From: Paramoeba atlantica
Taxonomy: Eukaryota > Protista > Discosea
Direction of reading: 5' to 3'
Assembly (NCBI GenBank): GCA_977017575.1
Contig: CDRNVI010000089.1
Coordinates: 62,001 to 126,000, forward strand
Length of the DNA: 64,000 nucleotides
The notes under the pieces: model-generated
Databases searched by the model: none
Told to the model about the DNA's origin: nothing
Seen by the model: the letters and a program-made list of their open reading frames with translations, nothing else
Position numbers and translations under genes: made by a program
Shown: positions 1 through 11,200 of the stretch, piece after piece
Numbering within the stretch: position 1 is the stretch's first letter
How the letters are laid out: each line of letters begins with the position of its first letter

Positions 1-128
1 CATAAAAATCAGTTGGAATACTTTATTATTCAAGACAAAAATATGAATTCACCTCAATAAAAAAATCCATCTCCGGTTCTCTGTCTTCTAACTTTCAACT
101 TCTAGCTTCACCAAGATTTACTTTTTGC

Positions 129-1325
129 TTACTTTTGGCGTAGACCGTGCTTCTTCAGCGTACCCACAAACTGGTTCTTCTCCTTAATCGTCTGGAAGCG
201 TCCATGACCTCGCTTCGAGGACGTGTCAATAAACTTCATGGTCACCTTCTCTTGTAACGCACGAGAGGTCTGTGGCGCAATCGGACGACGCAAAGTAACC
301 GAACGTCGCACAGGACCCGCAATAGAACCCTTTAGCATCAGAAACTCATTTCGCACGGTGCCGTACTTCGGAAACCCTCCCATCGGAGTGATGGACTTCT
401 CCGTGATGTCGTACTCGGTTTTCGCAGTGTGAGGATTTTCCGCGAGAGATTGGCCCATGAGATAAATCTTCTTGTTGAGCTCCGTACGATGGTGGAAACC
501 ATGCTGTCCGGCTCGCGCGACGGTAAACGACACGCGCTCGGGATGCCAACTTCCGATACACGCAACTTTACGAAGACCACGGTGGGTTTTGCGCGGAAGA
601 CGGGTCACTCCCCATCGCTGGATCACACCCTCAAACCCGTGCCCACGCGTCACACTGCAGATATCCGTACACTCGGATTGCTGAAACACAGACCCTACAT
701 GGACCTCTCGCTCCAACAACCCCTTAGCATAGGCCACCTTGTCCGCAATCTCACCCCCATTGACCTGGATCTCCGTAATAAACGCCTTACGCTGTCCCAC
801 ATGCGGGTTCCCGAGCTTCCGCATCTGCGTATGCGCAATCACCCGAAGCACCGTGGCACTTTCCAAAATCTTCCCCTCCTTCTTCTCCGCCGCGCCTTTC
901 CCCTCCTGCGTCGCCAGCTTCAAACTGTACTTACTGAACGCCCGCTTCTTGCTGCTGCGCCAGTTGCGGTAGAACCGCCGGCGGCACTCATCACTGAGGT
1001 GCTGGGCCCAGATCGACCCGACACAGCGCAGCCCGTTCGGCGTCTCGCGGTACCCCACGAACCCCACCACCATCATCGGGGGGGTCTCCACAATGGTCAC
1101 CGCCTCGACCACCTCCTTCTTGTTCATCTTACTCCCGGGGCGGTCCATGTCGCGCACGATGTGCGTCATGCCCGCCTTGAACCCCATGAACGCGGTGAGG
1201 TGGGGGGCCGCCGCCGCGTTGTCCCGCGGGAAGGAGCGGATGCGGCCGCGGATGTGGCGGCAGCGCTTCTTAGGGAGGAAGCCGAGGTGGCCGTGCCGGG
1301 GGTGCTCGAATTTGCGGTGGGACAT
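129..1325 (-). CDS. RPL3: 60S ribosomal protein L3 (uL3)
   Basis: Canonical N-terminus MSHRKFEHPRHGHLGFLP, plus KTHRGLRKVACIGSWHP and GHGRFQT motifs; 398 aa, no introns. Confidence 0.98.
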   Translation of the reverse strand: MSHRKFEHPRHGHLGFLPKKRCRHIRGRIRSFPRDNAAAAPHLTAFMGFKAGMTHIVRDMDRPGSKMNKKEVVEAVTIVETPPMMVVGFVGYRETPNGLRCVGSIWAQHLSDECRRRFYRNWRSSKKRAFSKYSLKLATQEGKGAAEKKEGKILESATVLRVIAHTQMRKLGNPHVGQRKAFITEIQVNGGEIADKVAYAKGLLEREVHVGSVFQQSECTDICSVTRGHGFEGVIQRWGVTRLPRKTHRGLRKVACIGSWHPERVSFTVARAGQHGFHHRTELNKKIYLMGQSLAENPHTAKTEYDITEKSITPMGGFPKYGTVRNEFLMLKGSIAGPVRRSVTLRRPIAPQTSRALQEKVTMKFIDTSSKRGHGRFQTIKEKNQFVGTLKKHGLRQK

Positions 1326-1400
1326 GGAGGGAGGAAAGGAGAGAGAGAGAGAGGGGAAAAGAGAAAGAGAGAGAGAGGAAAAGAGAAAGAGAGAGTTAGG
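1326..1400 (-). promoter_or_regulatory. Polypyrimidine tract upstream of RPL3, probable trans-splice acceptor region
   Basis: The plus strand is almost pure GA repeat, so the coding strand carries a long CT tract directly 5' of the ATG. This is typical of kinetoplastid SL trans-splicing signals. Confidence 0.55.
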
Positions 1401-1577
1401 GAAAGAGTGTTAGGGTTGGGTTTAAAATAGGGTGATAAAAAAGATATAAAAAGAGCGTGAATCAGAACGAAAGGATTAACTTTTGCAAAAGTAGTTATAA
1501 ATTTTTGAAAGAAAATGTCAGGAGTCATTTATTGAAAATAATGAGAGGGGGACTGCACAAGTTTTGCGTTAAGAGGA

Positions 1578-3998
1578 TTAACCATTGTCGTCGTCATTGC
1601 GTTCATTGTTTACGGTTGTGGGTAAAAGAGATAGATTTTCAGCAGGAATGCTACTCAAAGCATCAGTCAAATATTCTGCCGATGGGATGCGATCTTTCAT
1701 AGAAGGAATAACGCCTACACAGCCAACAGGAGATGGTAACGCTTTCATAAGAGAAAGAATAGCTTGGGGAAGTTCTTTGACATGCAAATCGGTTTCCTTT
1801 AACACAGACTTCCGAGGTTTCAGAGGTACAAAATATTGATATACGCAAAGAAATTTGGGGAATGATGATTTGTACGGAGAAGTGTCCGTCTTTCGAATTA
1901 TGAATGACCGATTAATTGGGGGCATGCGATACTCCTCCTGTAGGATAGGAGTATAAGAGGCAAGCAAGTGCCTCCGAAGTGATGTAATAAGAAAATTCCC
2001 CGATGATGCTGGGTTAAGTGGTTCCTTTCGAGAGAACCGTTTCCTACCCACCTGCAGTGAATCTTGTGAAAAACTATCTACATTCGTTTCATCATGTGTA
2101 TGAGATGACATCGGTTTTCTAGTTGTTAGAGAGATTGTGCCAGATATCACTGGCCATTCCGTGGCCGAACCAATGTCTGTGCTTCCATTCTCCTGAAAAG
2201 ATTCTTGACCAAGTTGAGAAGTGCAGTTGAGATTTTTGTCGAATACATCAGATTCAACCATTCTCTGATGAGTGTGTGGGACAAGTGCCTTTTCCAATAA
2301 GTTTTCGGTGGTATGGGAAGTGGTCATTAGACTAGAAAACAATGGATACGTAACCGGGGGTTGCTCAGATATAACGGAAAGACCTTCTTCGGAAAGAAAA
2401 AATTCATATTCACGCAGAGTATTATGAACAGGATAATATTCGAATGTGTTTTCCTGTTCCAGTAGTGCAATTCTTTTCTTATTGACTTCCGTATTCGGAG
2501 CTTGTCGTAGCAAAGATATTGCTTCCGTATATGATCCGGCACGTGCGTGCAAAGCACTAAGAGATTCCAGAAGCCCCAACGACTTTTGATCTTCGAAGCT
2601 GACAGCGTTGTAGTATTCTAAAGCCAGCGGAAGCTTTTCTTTGGGATTGCCAGAAGACAGTTCCATTTCGGCTGCAAATGGAACCAAAAATCTACGTAGA
2701 TGGGGTTCTTCTCGAATTGCCTCTCTAAATATATGTCTTGCTTTTTCAATGCCGCTAAAAGGATGAGCAAACCTTGCCCACCTCATGTAGCATGAGTATG
2801 CTTGGGCCACATTGTCTAAAACATTGAAAACCGGCGACGCTAGTGTTTGTGAAATTAAATTCTGGAAAACTTTGTGACCCTTTTCGATACTGTTATCAAC
2901 CAGTTGAAGATTGGAGCAAAGTGAATCTGCAAAGGAGCAGCATACAATAATGCTCTGTGGCATGGATTCAATTGCTTCTTCAAAAATACTCTTTGCTTCA
3001 TCTTTGCGTTCATTAATAATTAAGAAATTTGCAAGTTCTACCCATAGCTCGGCGTGACACCTACAATGCATTAAAGCAGAACGATAAGCGTTTTCTATGC
3101 GACGCACTAAATTTGCATCATGCTCTTTAAATGATAGAGGATTGGTTAGTTCATAAGCGATCACTCTGCGCCAAAACAGATATTGGGAAGTATCTTCCGT
3201 AGAACTTGCTTCTCCAAGAGGGAGGGCGATATGTGAGCGGTCTACGCCATAATAAATTCGTTGAATGAGTTCCTTAGACACAAATACTGACCGTTTGTGA
3301 GCTTGTTTTAAGTCGTTCGCAACGACAGCTCTAGAATTATGCGCTCGTTCAAATGCCTCGTATTTTTCCATTAGGAATTCTACACCACTGTATGGAGTTA
3401 ACAAAGCCTCGTGGTATGCATTGCGTAGAACATCTATTTGATGCCTTGGGTGAACTTTGTTCTGTAGAAATAATAGATACCGATCCCAAAATATTTCGGA
3501 ATCGTTCTGCTGACCAATGATATTTTTAGCCAAGATATACGCCTCGTGCATTTCTTGGGAAGATTTTAAAGATGACTCATCTACCGCATCTAAGAAAATT
3601 TGCCACACTTTCATGTGTGGACATTGTAGTGCAAGGCCTCTATTTGACTTATCGAAAAAAAGGAAAACATGTTCGTATTGTTGAGCTTTAAGCTCTTCAG
3701 TCAAGTATTCACACAAGCATGTGGAGTCCGTGGGAAAGGTTTTAAAATATGTGATCCAATATTCTCGTGTAATTTCTATGGGTAAAGTTTTTAATTCTTT
3801 GAGCACTTTTTTCCAGTACGCGCGTTGCGTTGGGCATTTTAGCACAATACGTAGAGCACTTTGCGCACTATGACTCAGACATTTCTCCACGTCAGTAGAA
3901 GAGATCTGTTCAGACATTAAAATACAGTACGTACGTAAATAAGAAATGTGTTTAATGGAATATCTGATCTTCTGAGTTGTAATACTCCGAAAAAGCAA
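1578..3998 (-). CDS. CSTF3: Cleavage stimulation factor 77 kDa / RNA14-like HAT-repeat protein
   Basis: HAT/Suf-like motifs ALLTPYSGVEFLMEKYEAFE, FWRRVIAYELTNPL and IENAYRSALMHCRCHAELWVELANF. The true start may be the downstream MSEQISS. Confidence 0.8.
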   Translation of the reverse strand: MLFRSITTQKIRYSIKHISYLRTYCILMSEQISSTDVEKCLSHSAQSALRIVLKCPTQRAYWKKVLKELKTLPIEITREYWITYFKTFPTDSTCLCEYLTEELKAQQYEHVFLFFDKSNRGLALQCPHMKVWQIFLDAVDESSLKSSQEMHEAYILAKNIIGQQNDSEIFWDRYLLFLQNKVHPRHQIDVLRNAYHEALLTPYSGVEFLMEKYEAFERAHNSRAVVANDLKQAHKRSVFVSKELIQRIYYGVDRSHIALPLGEASSTEDTSQYLFWRRVIAYELTNPLSFKEHDANLVRRIENAYRSALMHCRCHAELWVELANFLIINERKDEAKSIFEEAIESMPQSIIVCCSFADSLCSNLQLVDNSIEKGHKVFQNLISQTLASPVFNVLDNVAQAYSCYMRWARFAHPFSGIEKARHIFREAIREEPHLRRFLVPFAAEMELSSGNPKEKLPLALEYYNAVSFEDQKSLGLLESLSALHARAGSYTEAISLLRQAPNTEVNKKRIALLEQENTFEYYPVHNTLREYEFFLSEEGLSVISEQPPVTYPLFSSLMTTSHTTENLLEKALVPHTHQRMVESDVFDKNLNCTSQLGQESFQENGSTDIGSATEWPVISGTISLTTRKPMSSHTHDETNVDSFSQDSLQVGRKRFSRKEPLNPASSGNFLITSLRRHLLASYTPILQEEYRMPPINRSFIIRKTDTSPYKSSFPKFLCVYQYFVPLKPRKSVLKETDLHVKELPQAILSLMKALPSPVGCVGVIPSMKDRIPSAEYLTDALSSIPAENLSLLPTTVNNERNDDDNG

Positions 3999-4073
3999 TA
4001 CGCTTGTATTAAATTTATACCTGTATTTGTGATATTAATGCAACTTTCTTAACCACTCATTCTATTTTAAAGA

Positions 4074-5165
4074 TCACAAAGTACTAGACATTGCAATTAG
4101 ACATTTGCCATCCAAACAATTAAAATCATGCGGGGCGCGACCAAATTCCGAATGATTTTGATTTTTTAAGACTAATATCGTTTCGTCTCGTTTCTTGTTC
4201 TTTTCTCTAGATGGTCGAACACATTTCCAGTGTGACCATTTACGGCAGCCCCAGCACCATATCCAGGTTGGACCGTAACAACTAGAGCATTTCAGACCAC
4301 ACCGACAGTATATTTTTTGAACACTTGTCTCAAAAGGATCACTGTGCAACCTAATGTTAGGAGTTGCCGACTCGTCTAGTAAAAAATGACGAGAATTTGG
4401 CACATTCCACACTTCACGTTCTGAATTCGAGATGGGACATCCATGTTTGACACAGAATTCACCAGGAACCATATATCGAAATTGATATCCAGAAGGCCGA
4501 GAAAACGATTCATCGGCAGTAAAGTACGGAGGAGAAACCGACTGATATGGACGTAGTATTCTTGCTGCTTGCTGCTCGTCACAGCACTCTCTGACCCCAT
4601 TGCTATAAAAAACAACCGCAAGGACTCGAGACAAATGAGCATGTAAGATATTCTGATCTACTTGGGTGCGTGAAGGTAGTTTGTCAAGACGTATGTCGCA
4701 GCGATAGCTAGCAGTAATCAGGTCTTCTAAAGGAAGACCATTTAGTAGAACGCTTATACAAAGTCTACCCAAGGCGTGTTTTATAAATGTTACTTCTAGA
4801 GGCGAAGACCCAGCGATATTGTTTGATTGCGGTGGAAAATTCGATGGAAGGGAGACATCATTTACTGCAGCAGTTGATGGTTGCTTGTTAGCACATACCT
4901 TCTTATGCTTCGGTTCAAAGTCTATGAGCTGTAATGATTCAGGAAAATGAAGATCGGATGCGTAAATGCTCCATGTACGCTTGGCGCACGAATTAATCTT
5001 ACGTAGTCTGTCAATAATATTATTAAAAGGCCGGTGCATACTACTACGTTTAACGGATGTCTCAGAAGATAATGTACGGGAGTCCCTTTCAAGACTTGTG
5101 TCGAGGATATCATCCCTAACGGAGGCTATCAGTATCTCCAAAGGAGAAAGCATTTTAGTCCACAA
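4074..5165 (-). CDS. Hypothetical protein with C-terminal PHD finger
   Basis: YCRC...WIWCWGCRKWSHWKC fits the C4HC3 PHD pattern; the rest is unrecognised. Confidence 0.65.
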   Translation of the reverse strand: MWTKMLSPLEILIASVRDDILDTSLERDSRTLSSETSVKRSSMHRPFNNIIDRLRKINSCAKRTWSIYASDLHFPESLQLIDFEPKHKKVCANKQPSTAAVNDVSLPSNFPPQSNNIAGSSPLEVTFIKHALGRLCISVLLNGLPLEDLITASYRCDIRLDKLPSRTQVDQNILHAHLSRVLAVVFYSNGVRECCDEQQAARILRPYQSVSPPYFTADESFSRPSGYQFRYMVPGEFCVKHGCPISNSEREVWNVPNSRHFLLDESATPNIRLHSDPFETSVQKIYCRCGLKCSSCYGPTWIWCWGCRKWSHWKCVRPSREKNKKRDETILVLKNQNHSEFGRAPHDFNCLDGKCLIAMSSTL

Positions 5166-5309
5166 AGTGGGATAGAGGTGTGTTTCAGTACTTTAAAATA
5201 ACGTCTAGTCAAAATAAGGAGAACATAAAACGACAAAAAAATTATGTAGCGTACGTGTTCCTTGTAACTCCACACATTGTACAACCCAACCATGCAAGCC
5301 AAATTCACT

Positions 5310-6044
5310 TCAAGGAAAGTAATCTTCATATTGCACGTCAGATTCCAGATCCCCATCATCTTCGTCGCCCAAAAAGGAATCCAAGACAATATTTTCCCTC
5401 AGTGTGTCGAATACGTTCTCGACGTCTTTGTCCGAAAAGGCCTCTTCATTTCCAACCCCTCTACGTGGGATTGGAATTCGTTCCAGGTAGCGTTCCTCCT
5501 GTCGTGCCGCCTGGGACATAATTCGCCAGTGACTGGACTTCGACGAAGCATCATTACGTCTCGAATGTCGAGACAAAAGTTGGAAAAGAGATTGTGTGGA
5601 GAGAGATAACAAACAGGAAACATTGTGAGAATTAACAGAACAGTTGGTAGCGTGAAGTTGTGATAACTTAGAGGAAGAGTACACCGCCGTGCAGGTCTCT
5701 TCCATAGCCATAAAAGTGGGCAGAAAGGGAGAAATCTCTCTAGTGGATGGTTGAATCTTTCCTGCCCTTACGGTGTCCTGAGGACAAGCTCGATCGGATA
5801 GGGTAGAGGCATCAAGTCCTGTGACATGAGAGAGTTTTCTCCACGTAGAGGTCGCGTACCGACGCTCAAGCTGCAAAAAGGATTCTGCAAGAAGTTGCTG
5901 TGTAGCGGTTTTGGGTTGGGGTCTTGGGATGGGTCGGGGAGGAAATAGAAAGGAGTCTGGAGAGAGAATCTCGGCAGGAGGCAACTGGGAGGGCTCGTAG
6001 GAAGTGCGGAAGGATGATGAGGTAGGCCTGCCACGGGGTGGCAT
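5310..6044 (-). CDS. Hypothetical protein
   Basis: 244-aa ORF on the cluster strand with an upstream pyrimidine tract; no recognisable domain. Confidence 0.55.
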   Translation of the reverse strand: MPPRGRPTSSSFRTSYEPSQLPPAEILSPDSFLFPPRPIPRPQPKTATQQLLAESFLQLERRYATSTWRKLSHVTGLDASTLSDRACPQDTVRAGKIQPSTREISPFLPTFMAMEETCTAVYSSSKLSQLHATNCSVNSHNVSCLLSLSTQSLFQLLSRHSRRNDASSKSSHWRIMSQAARQEERYLERIPIPRRGVGNEEAFSDKDVENVFDTLRENIVLDSFLGDEDDGDLESDVQYEDYFP

Positions 6045-6251
6045 TGTAAGGGAAAGAAAAATATAGCAAAAGAACTTTTTAAGAAAATATCTTATTGAAC
6101 AATACTTTTAAAATAGACCAACTGTAAAGTTGTACAAGATACATTGACACTAGATTAATACAAAGAATACAAGATTGTTTTTTCCAAAGTAAAGCCCATG
6201 TAGAATTAGGATCATGAGATGCCAATTTTGAACGATGGAAATGTCGACAGA

Positions 6252-6995
6252 TTACTGAAGCTCGTCTTGCTGAGGTAGAAAGAAGATAAAAGCTTCGTGT
6301 TGTGTGGGCTGAATAGCAGAAAAGCGATTTTCACGTAAATTAAGTAGTAAGACGTTATCATTAATTACACTCACATCCACGGTGCCAATAAAATCGTTGA
6401 AACTAAAATCCATGATTAGTAAACTCGTAGGCAAATGTATTAGTATGAGTTCACCGACAAATTGATTAAAATTAACGCTCAGAGTTGTAATTTGTGAGGG
6501 AAGTGATTCTAGTGCAAGCTCGCCTCCTAATAAGTTCTTACTAAAATCAATCGTCTGCGTATCCGGTGGCAGCTCAGCGAGACAAACATCTCCCGAGAAC
6601 CTATTTTGGCTCAAATCCGCATTGCACATTGTTTCCGGGAAATGCGAAATCCCTAAGACACCGTAGAGACAGTTACCGGAAAGTTGGAGTTGCTGCACTG
6701 TTGAAGGAAGCCATGACCAATGGAGCGAACCGCTTACACCTACAGAATTCCATAAAAGTGAGGTAGCCCATTTTCCCGAGCCCTCACATCGCACCCCATA
6801 CCACTGGCATCCAGGCGTGTGAGTCGTCCATGAGGGGTGGGTGTGGCTTACTGAGAGGATAAAACGCTCCAAGTCGTATTCTAAAGGAAGTGATGAGCCG
6901 CGAACTCGGTGAGAAGAACAGATGTCGAGTGAGGAAACAAGTTGCGGGTGTGGGATACAGAATGTGAACCCGATGGGGGGTGGGAGAAAAAACAT
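6252..6995 (-). CDS. Leucine-rich repeat protein (LPxxLxxLxLxxNxFxG type)
   Basis: Repeats such as LPSTVQQLQLSGNCLYG, LPPDTQTIDFSKNLLGG and LPTSLLIMDFSFNDFIG, with an N-cap CQWYGVRC. Confidence 0.85.
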   Translation of the reverse strand: MFFLPPPIGFTFCIPHPQLVSSLDICSSHRVRGSSLPLEYDLERFILSVSHTHPSWTTHTPGCQWYGVRCEGSGKWATSLLWNSVGVSGSLHWSWLPSTVQQLQLSGNCLYGVLGISHFPETMCNADLSQNRFSGDVCLAELPPDTQTIDFSKNLLGGELALESLPSQITTLSVNFNQFVGELILIHLPTSLLIMDFSFNDFIGTVDVSVINDNVLLLNLRENRFSAIQPTQHEAFIFFLPQQDELQ

Positions 6996-7363
6996 GAAAG
7001 AGAGACAGAAGAGTGTGGAAGAATAACAAAAGTAAGAAAGAAGGAATCAAACCTGTTTACAGTGAAGTTAAGATGCTAAAACGTTTTCAAGTTTATACAA
7101 TTTTCTATTTCTATACTGTATGTTGTGTTTATACCGTTACACCTCTTCACCACTGGGGCACCGATGGGCTTGTGGTGAAGTAATAGGGGAGATGAAGTAA
7201 GGGGAGGGAACGGTATTATCTAAAAGAATTGAAACAAAACAATTGAAAAACAATAAATAATTGAAAATAAAACAATTGAAAAACAGAAGCGAATGAAGAC
7301 ACACTGCTCAAAAGCAAGAAAATCGCTGCTGTTTTAGGCAAAAGCGCTGCTGACTTCAACAAA

Positions 7364-7675
7364 TTAGTCTAAGTCATTTCTATGCCTTCGCATGGCATCT
7401 TTCCAAATTTCTTCCGCGGCACGATGAGATGTCTGTGCCACTTTACGATGCTTATCCCACATCTGTACGGCGTGCACGAATATTCCAATGCCTACCATGC
7501 CTAATGTATTACTCATCAAGGACTTCGAGGTCGAAGTGGAAAACGGAAGCCAAAATCGCATAAGAATAATACACACAATCCCCAGTAGAAACGAGACTAG
7601 ATTTTTAGCTATTGATAAGACTAGGTGAGCCCAGAAAAAAAGCGCAGAATTCGGGGAAAAAGGAAAGGCACTCAT
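7364..7675 (-). CDS. Small putative membrane protein
   Basis: 103 aa with two hydrophobic segments and a charged C-terminus; lies on the cluster strand. Confidence 0.4.
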   Translation of the reverse strand: MSAFPFSPNSALFFWAHLVLSIAKNLVSFLLGIVCIILMRFWLPFSTSTSKSLMSNTLGMVGIGIFVHAVQMWDKHRKVAQTSHRAAEEIWKDAMRRHRNDLD

Positions 7676-7813
7676 GATAATGCGAAGACCAGATGAGGAT
7701 TCAGTTCTTGTAGAATTGCATGGTAGTAATGCATTACAAATAGACTTCGTTAGCTAAAAGAAGAAAAATAGAAAAGTGATTAATGCAAAAAAAGTGAAGA
7801 ATCAGAAAAATCA

Positions 7814-7858
7814 AGTCCTTGCACCTCTGCATGATAGTCCTTGCAAGCTCTGCATGAT
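7814..7858. repeat. Short tandem duplication (about 22 bp x2)
   Basis: agtccttgcacctctgcatgat followed by agtccttgcaagctctgcatgat. Confidence 0.8.
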
Positions 7859-8221
7859 ATTAGGGACCAATGCAACCCTTCTAAGGATTTTGTATTTTAC
7901 ACATTTTATGGCACTTTTAGAAACACTTAACTTAGTTTAGCACACTTTAAAGTGATTACAAAATTTAGAAAATGAAGGATTAAAAAACATGAACGCATAT
8001 GGAGGATAAAAGAGGGAAACTGTAAAAGGTAAAGAATGTTTTAAACTTTGTGAGTACCAGATAGCGATATGCTTTTAACCTAAAAAATACAAGCCTACTG
8101 TTTTTAACCGTGATGTAGACATAACTCGGCAGAAAAAATAATAATGACCAAAATTTGAGCGCTAACTAATCCGAAACTTGCTACGTTGTTTGAATATCCA
8201 ATTAAATATAGCGTTCAATCT

Positions 8222-11200
8222 CTACTCTTCGCATATCTCAGGAGCTTCCGAAATCGATTTAATTATTTCTTGGGACGATGGAAAAGGAGGGCCTTGAAGG
8301 GTAACCATATGTGCGGCATCTCGACCAGCCTTCACCTCTACTCGAAAGAGAGATTTATTCCATGGGAACTCCGGAAAAAATGAACCCCAACCGCCCTTCA
8401 CATTGGTTAACACCCCATAGGCTTCCGAGAGTACCTCCTCTAACACCTCTTCATGCACATCCATAACTATACTATCATGCACTAAATTCACAAGAAAAGC
8501 TCGACGCTCATAGTAGTTCCGCTTGAGAAGCCGTCGAAGAAGTTGACTTGTTGTATAAATGATAATTTCAGCAGCTAAGCCTTGTACTGGATAGTTTCGG
8601 AGATGGGTAGAAGAAAAACCCGGAAAGTTAACACCGACCTCATGGAAGCAAAAACGATTTCCTGAAGGTATTATGCCTACACCATCATAAACGAACTCAC
8701 TTTGATAGCCACCTTGGCTGTGTTGAAGAAGAGGACGGAAACGTCGAACGTATTTGGCAAAACTCCGAAAATACGCTTTAATAGATGGATAAGTCTCATT
8801 TTCGGACCATATTAATTTTCTCACTTCCTGAATTGACAAACCGCTACCCTTCGAGAGAGTTTGTACTGATGCACCATAAATTCGCTGAAAAGCAAAAAGC
8901 TTCGCCTTTTCACGAAGTCGAAGAACTTCCTTATTCTTTCTTCTGCAACTCAGAAGCACCTGTTCGTACGACAAATCTTTACGGAGAACAGTAACGTTGC
9001 GACTGTGAAAGTCCACATTGTTAGATACATCCTGAAGCATATTTTTGTCCTGACATAAAAGAGCTAGCGTGACAAGTTCTACCATAGAGTAGTCAATGTC
9101 CAGTATTACCCCTGAGGAGCCGAATCGAGAGGTAAAAGCAGTGCGAATATTTCCCTTAGGGATGCCTAACATATTCGGAGAACTACACACAAGGCGTCCA
9201 GTTCGTGTTTGGTCATACGCAAAATTTGCATGAATGAGGGAAGTATCCGGATTGACGTGGGCTAGGATGCCACGCTCACGGGCGAAATAAAGCTGTAAAG
9301 AGCGCTGTAAGCGAAAAACTTCCGCGAGCCAGAATGCTTCAGGTATGCCCTCCGTGGACCACGCATCCAAAAGATCTACACTAAACTCAGTTGATGACAT
9401 CGAGACACTCTCTTTAATTTTATCGGGAAGAATACCGGGAAGAATAATATCGTCCTGACTCTGATCAGGAGCGCGACGAAGAAAAGGATCATTTCTGGTT
9501 CCAACTGCTTTTCCTATAGCCGAAAGCACATCTCCATTGCAATTCTGACACAATGACGTCCAAAGATCCTTACATTCGGCGATCAGAGACTTAGTATATT
9601 CTCGTCCACAAGATTTTTTACTCAGTCGCGTGCGACATGGTGCGGGAGTGCTATTCGAAGTAGATTTAGGAGTTTGTAGACCCGATAAGGAAATGCTATC
9701 TGTCACTAAAGATGTTGCATTCACGAAGTAAAGCGGTGCCAACGGCCTTTCGGTTTTCTGGTTTCGAAGATTGGAACTTAGCTTCGTTTGTATAAAGGTT
9801 TGAAGGAAATGCTCTGCATATGTAGACATGTGACAAGCAAGAATGAGGTAAGAAAGAGCTTTACCTTTTGCAGCATAAAAGGGTGGTGATATTTCTTTCC
9901 CTAACAGAGGATCAAAGAACACGGCGTGTAAAACGTGATCCTCCCGAAGGTCATATCCGGTGGTCTTGACTGCGGCTAAGATAATACGGTAAGGAAGATG
10001 GTAAACGCTGAGAAGCTGTTGCGAAAGAGGAAAACCACTGTCCTTGGCTCGACTGTTTTCATCTTTATTGGGAATATACTTTTCAATCAAAGATGATCGT
10101 ATAGTTTGCACGAGCTCCTCGGAGCTCACCGCAATATTTGTTAACAATTGATATTTCAGGCAATAGGGTATTAAATACTTCTCTGAGTCCAATATTTCAG
10201 ACGCCCTTTCATTTTGTGAAACACAAGCAAGTTCAACTGCTGCAGTTGGATCCTCCGGTAAGATTAACGTACTTGTAGAGTTCAATGATGTTATTGGTTT
10301 GTTCAATTTACCTCCATGGAAAAATGCCCATATATGATGTGTATCTTCCCATTTAAAAATTGAACGCACGTGGGGCGGTAACGCCAGATTCAAATTGTTC
10401 TTGTACTGCTCGAGAAGTTGTTTTGCAAGAACCCGTGCGGATTCTAGTTTTGAAATACTTACATAAATTCCTTGTTTACCAATCTCATGCGTCAGAAACA
10501 CGGAAGACATCGATGAACTGATCGTGAGAAGCTGGCGTGAAAGTACAGCTCGGTGAATTTGCTTAGAATAAGTAGTTTGTATGTGCTGCAAAGTAGGAAG
10601 AATGGTTTTGTTATAGGTTGCAGTGTTGACATTGTCTATGGAATCATTTTCACCAGAACGCGAGCCTTCTTTCTCAGGAGAAAAAGTTAAAACGTCAGGT
10701 GGAAGGTCCACTCGCGCGTTCAATAAATGTTCGGCATAGATAGAACTCCAAAGTATTCCTCCGTTCGCCAAAAATTCCTGTACACATGACAAACTCATAA
10801 GAAAATTTATCAAAGGCTTCATGTCGACGGCAACGATAACGCATACATTTTCAAGCGACGGCATGACGCCCTTAATTGTGAGCAAGACTTGGGGATCCAC
10901 TTGAGATTGCTCCAGAATAAGATTTGTGAAAGTGGTTCCCTCGCTTATATCCACTGGAGAAGCAACCCAGAGTACGAATTGCACTTGAGTTCCTACACGC
11001 TTTGCCTTTTCAAGATGTAGAAATATACACTTTCTGTGACGTGCAGCAGAATTCTCTTCTCGCTCAAGTCGTGAAACATCCGTCTGGAAAGCATACCAAT
11101 CGTCAGTTTCATTACGTTTCTCAAGCATTTCTTCACGATGATCTGCCTGAAATTTACTCTTGGGAGAGCCAATAACAATTGTCTGATGCACTTTCGGTAA

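Noticed and set aside
429-1430. 333-aa plus-strand ORF over RPL3
   Set aside because: It is the antisense shadow of a GC-rich conserved gene, with a low-complexity product and no domain.
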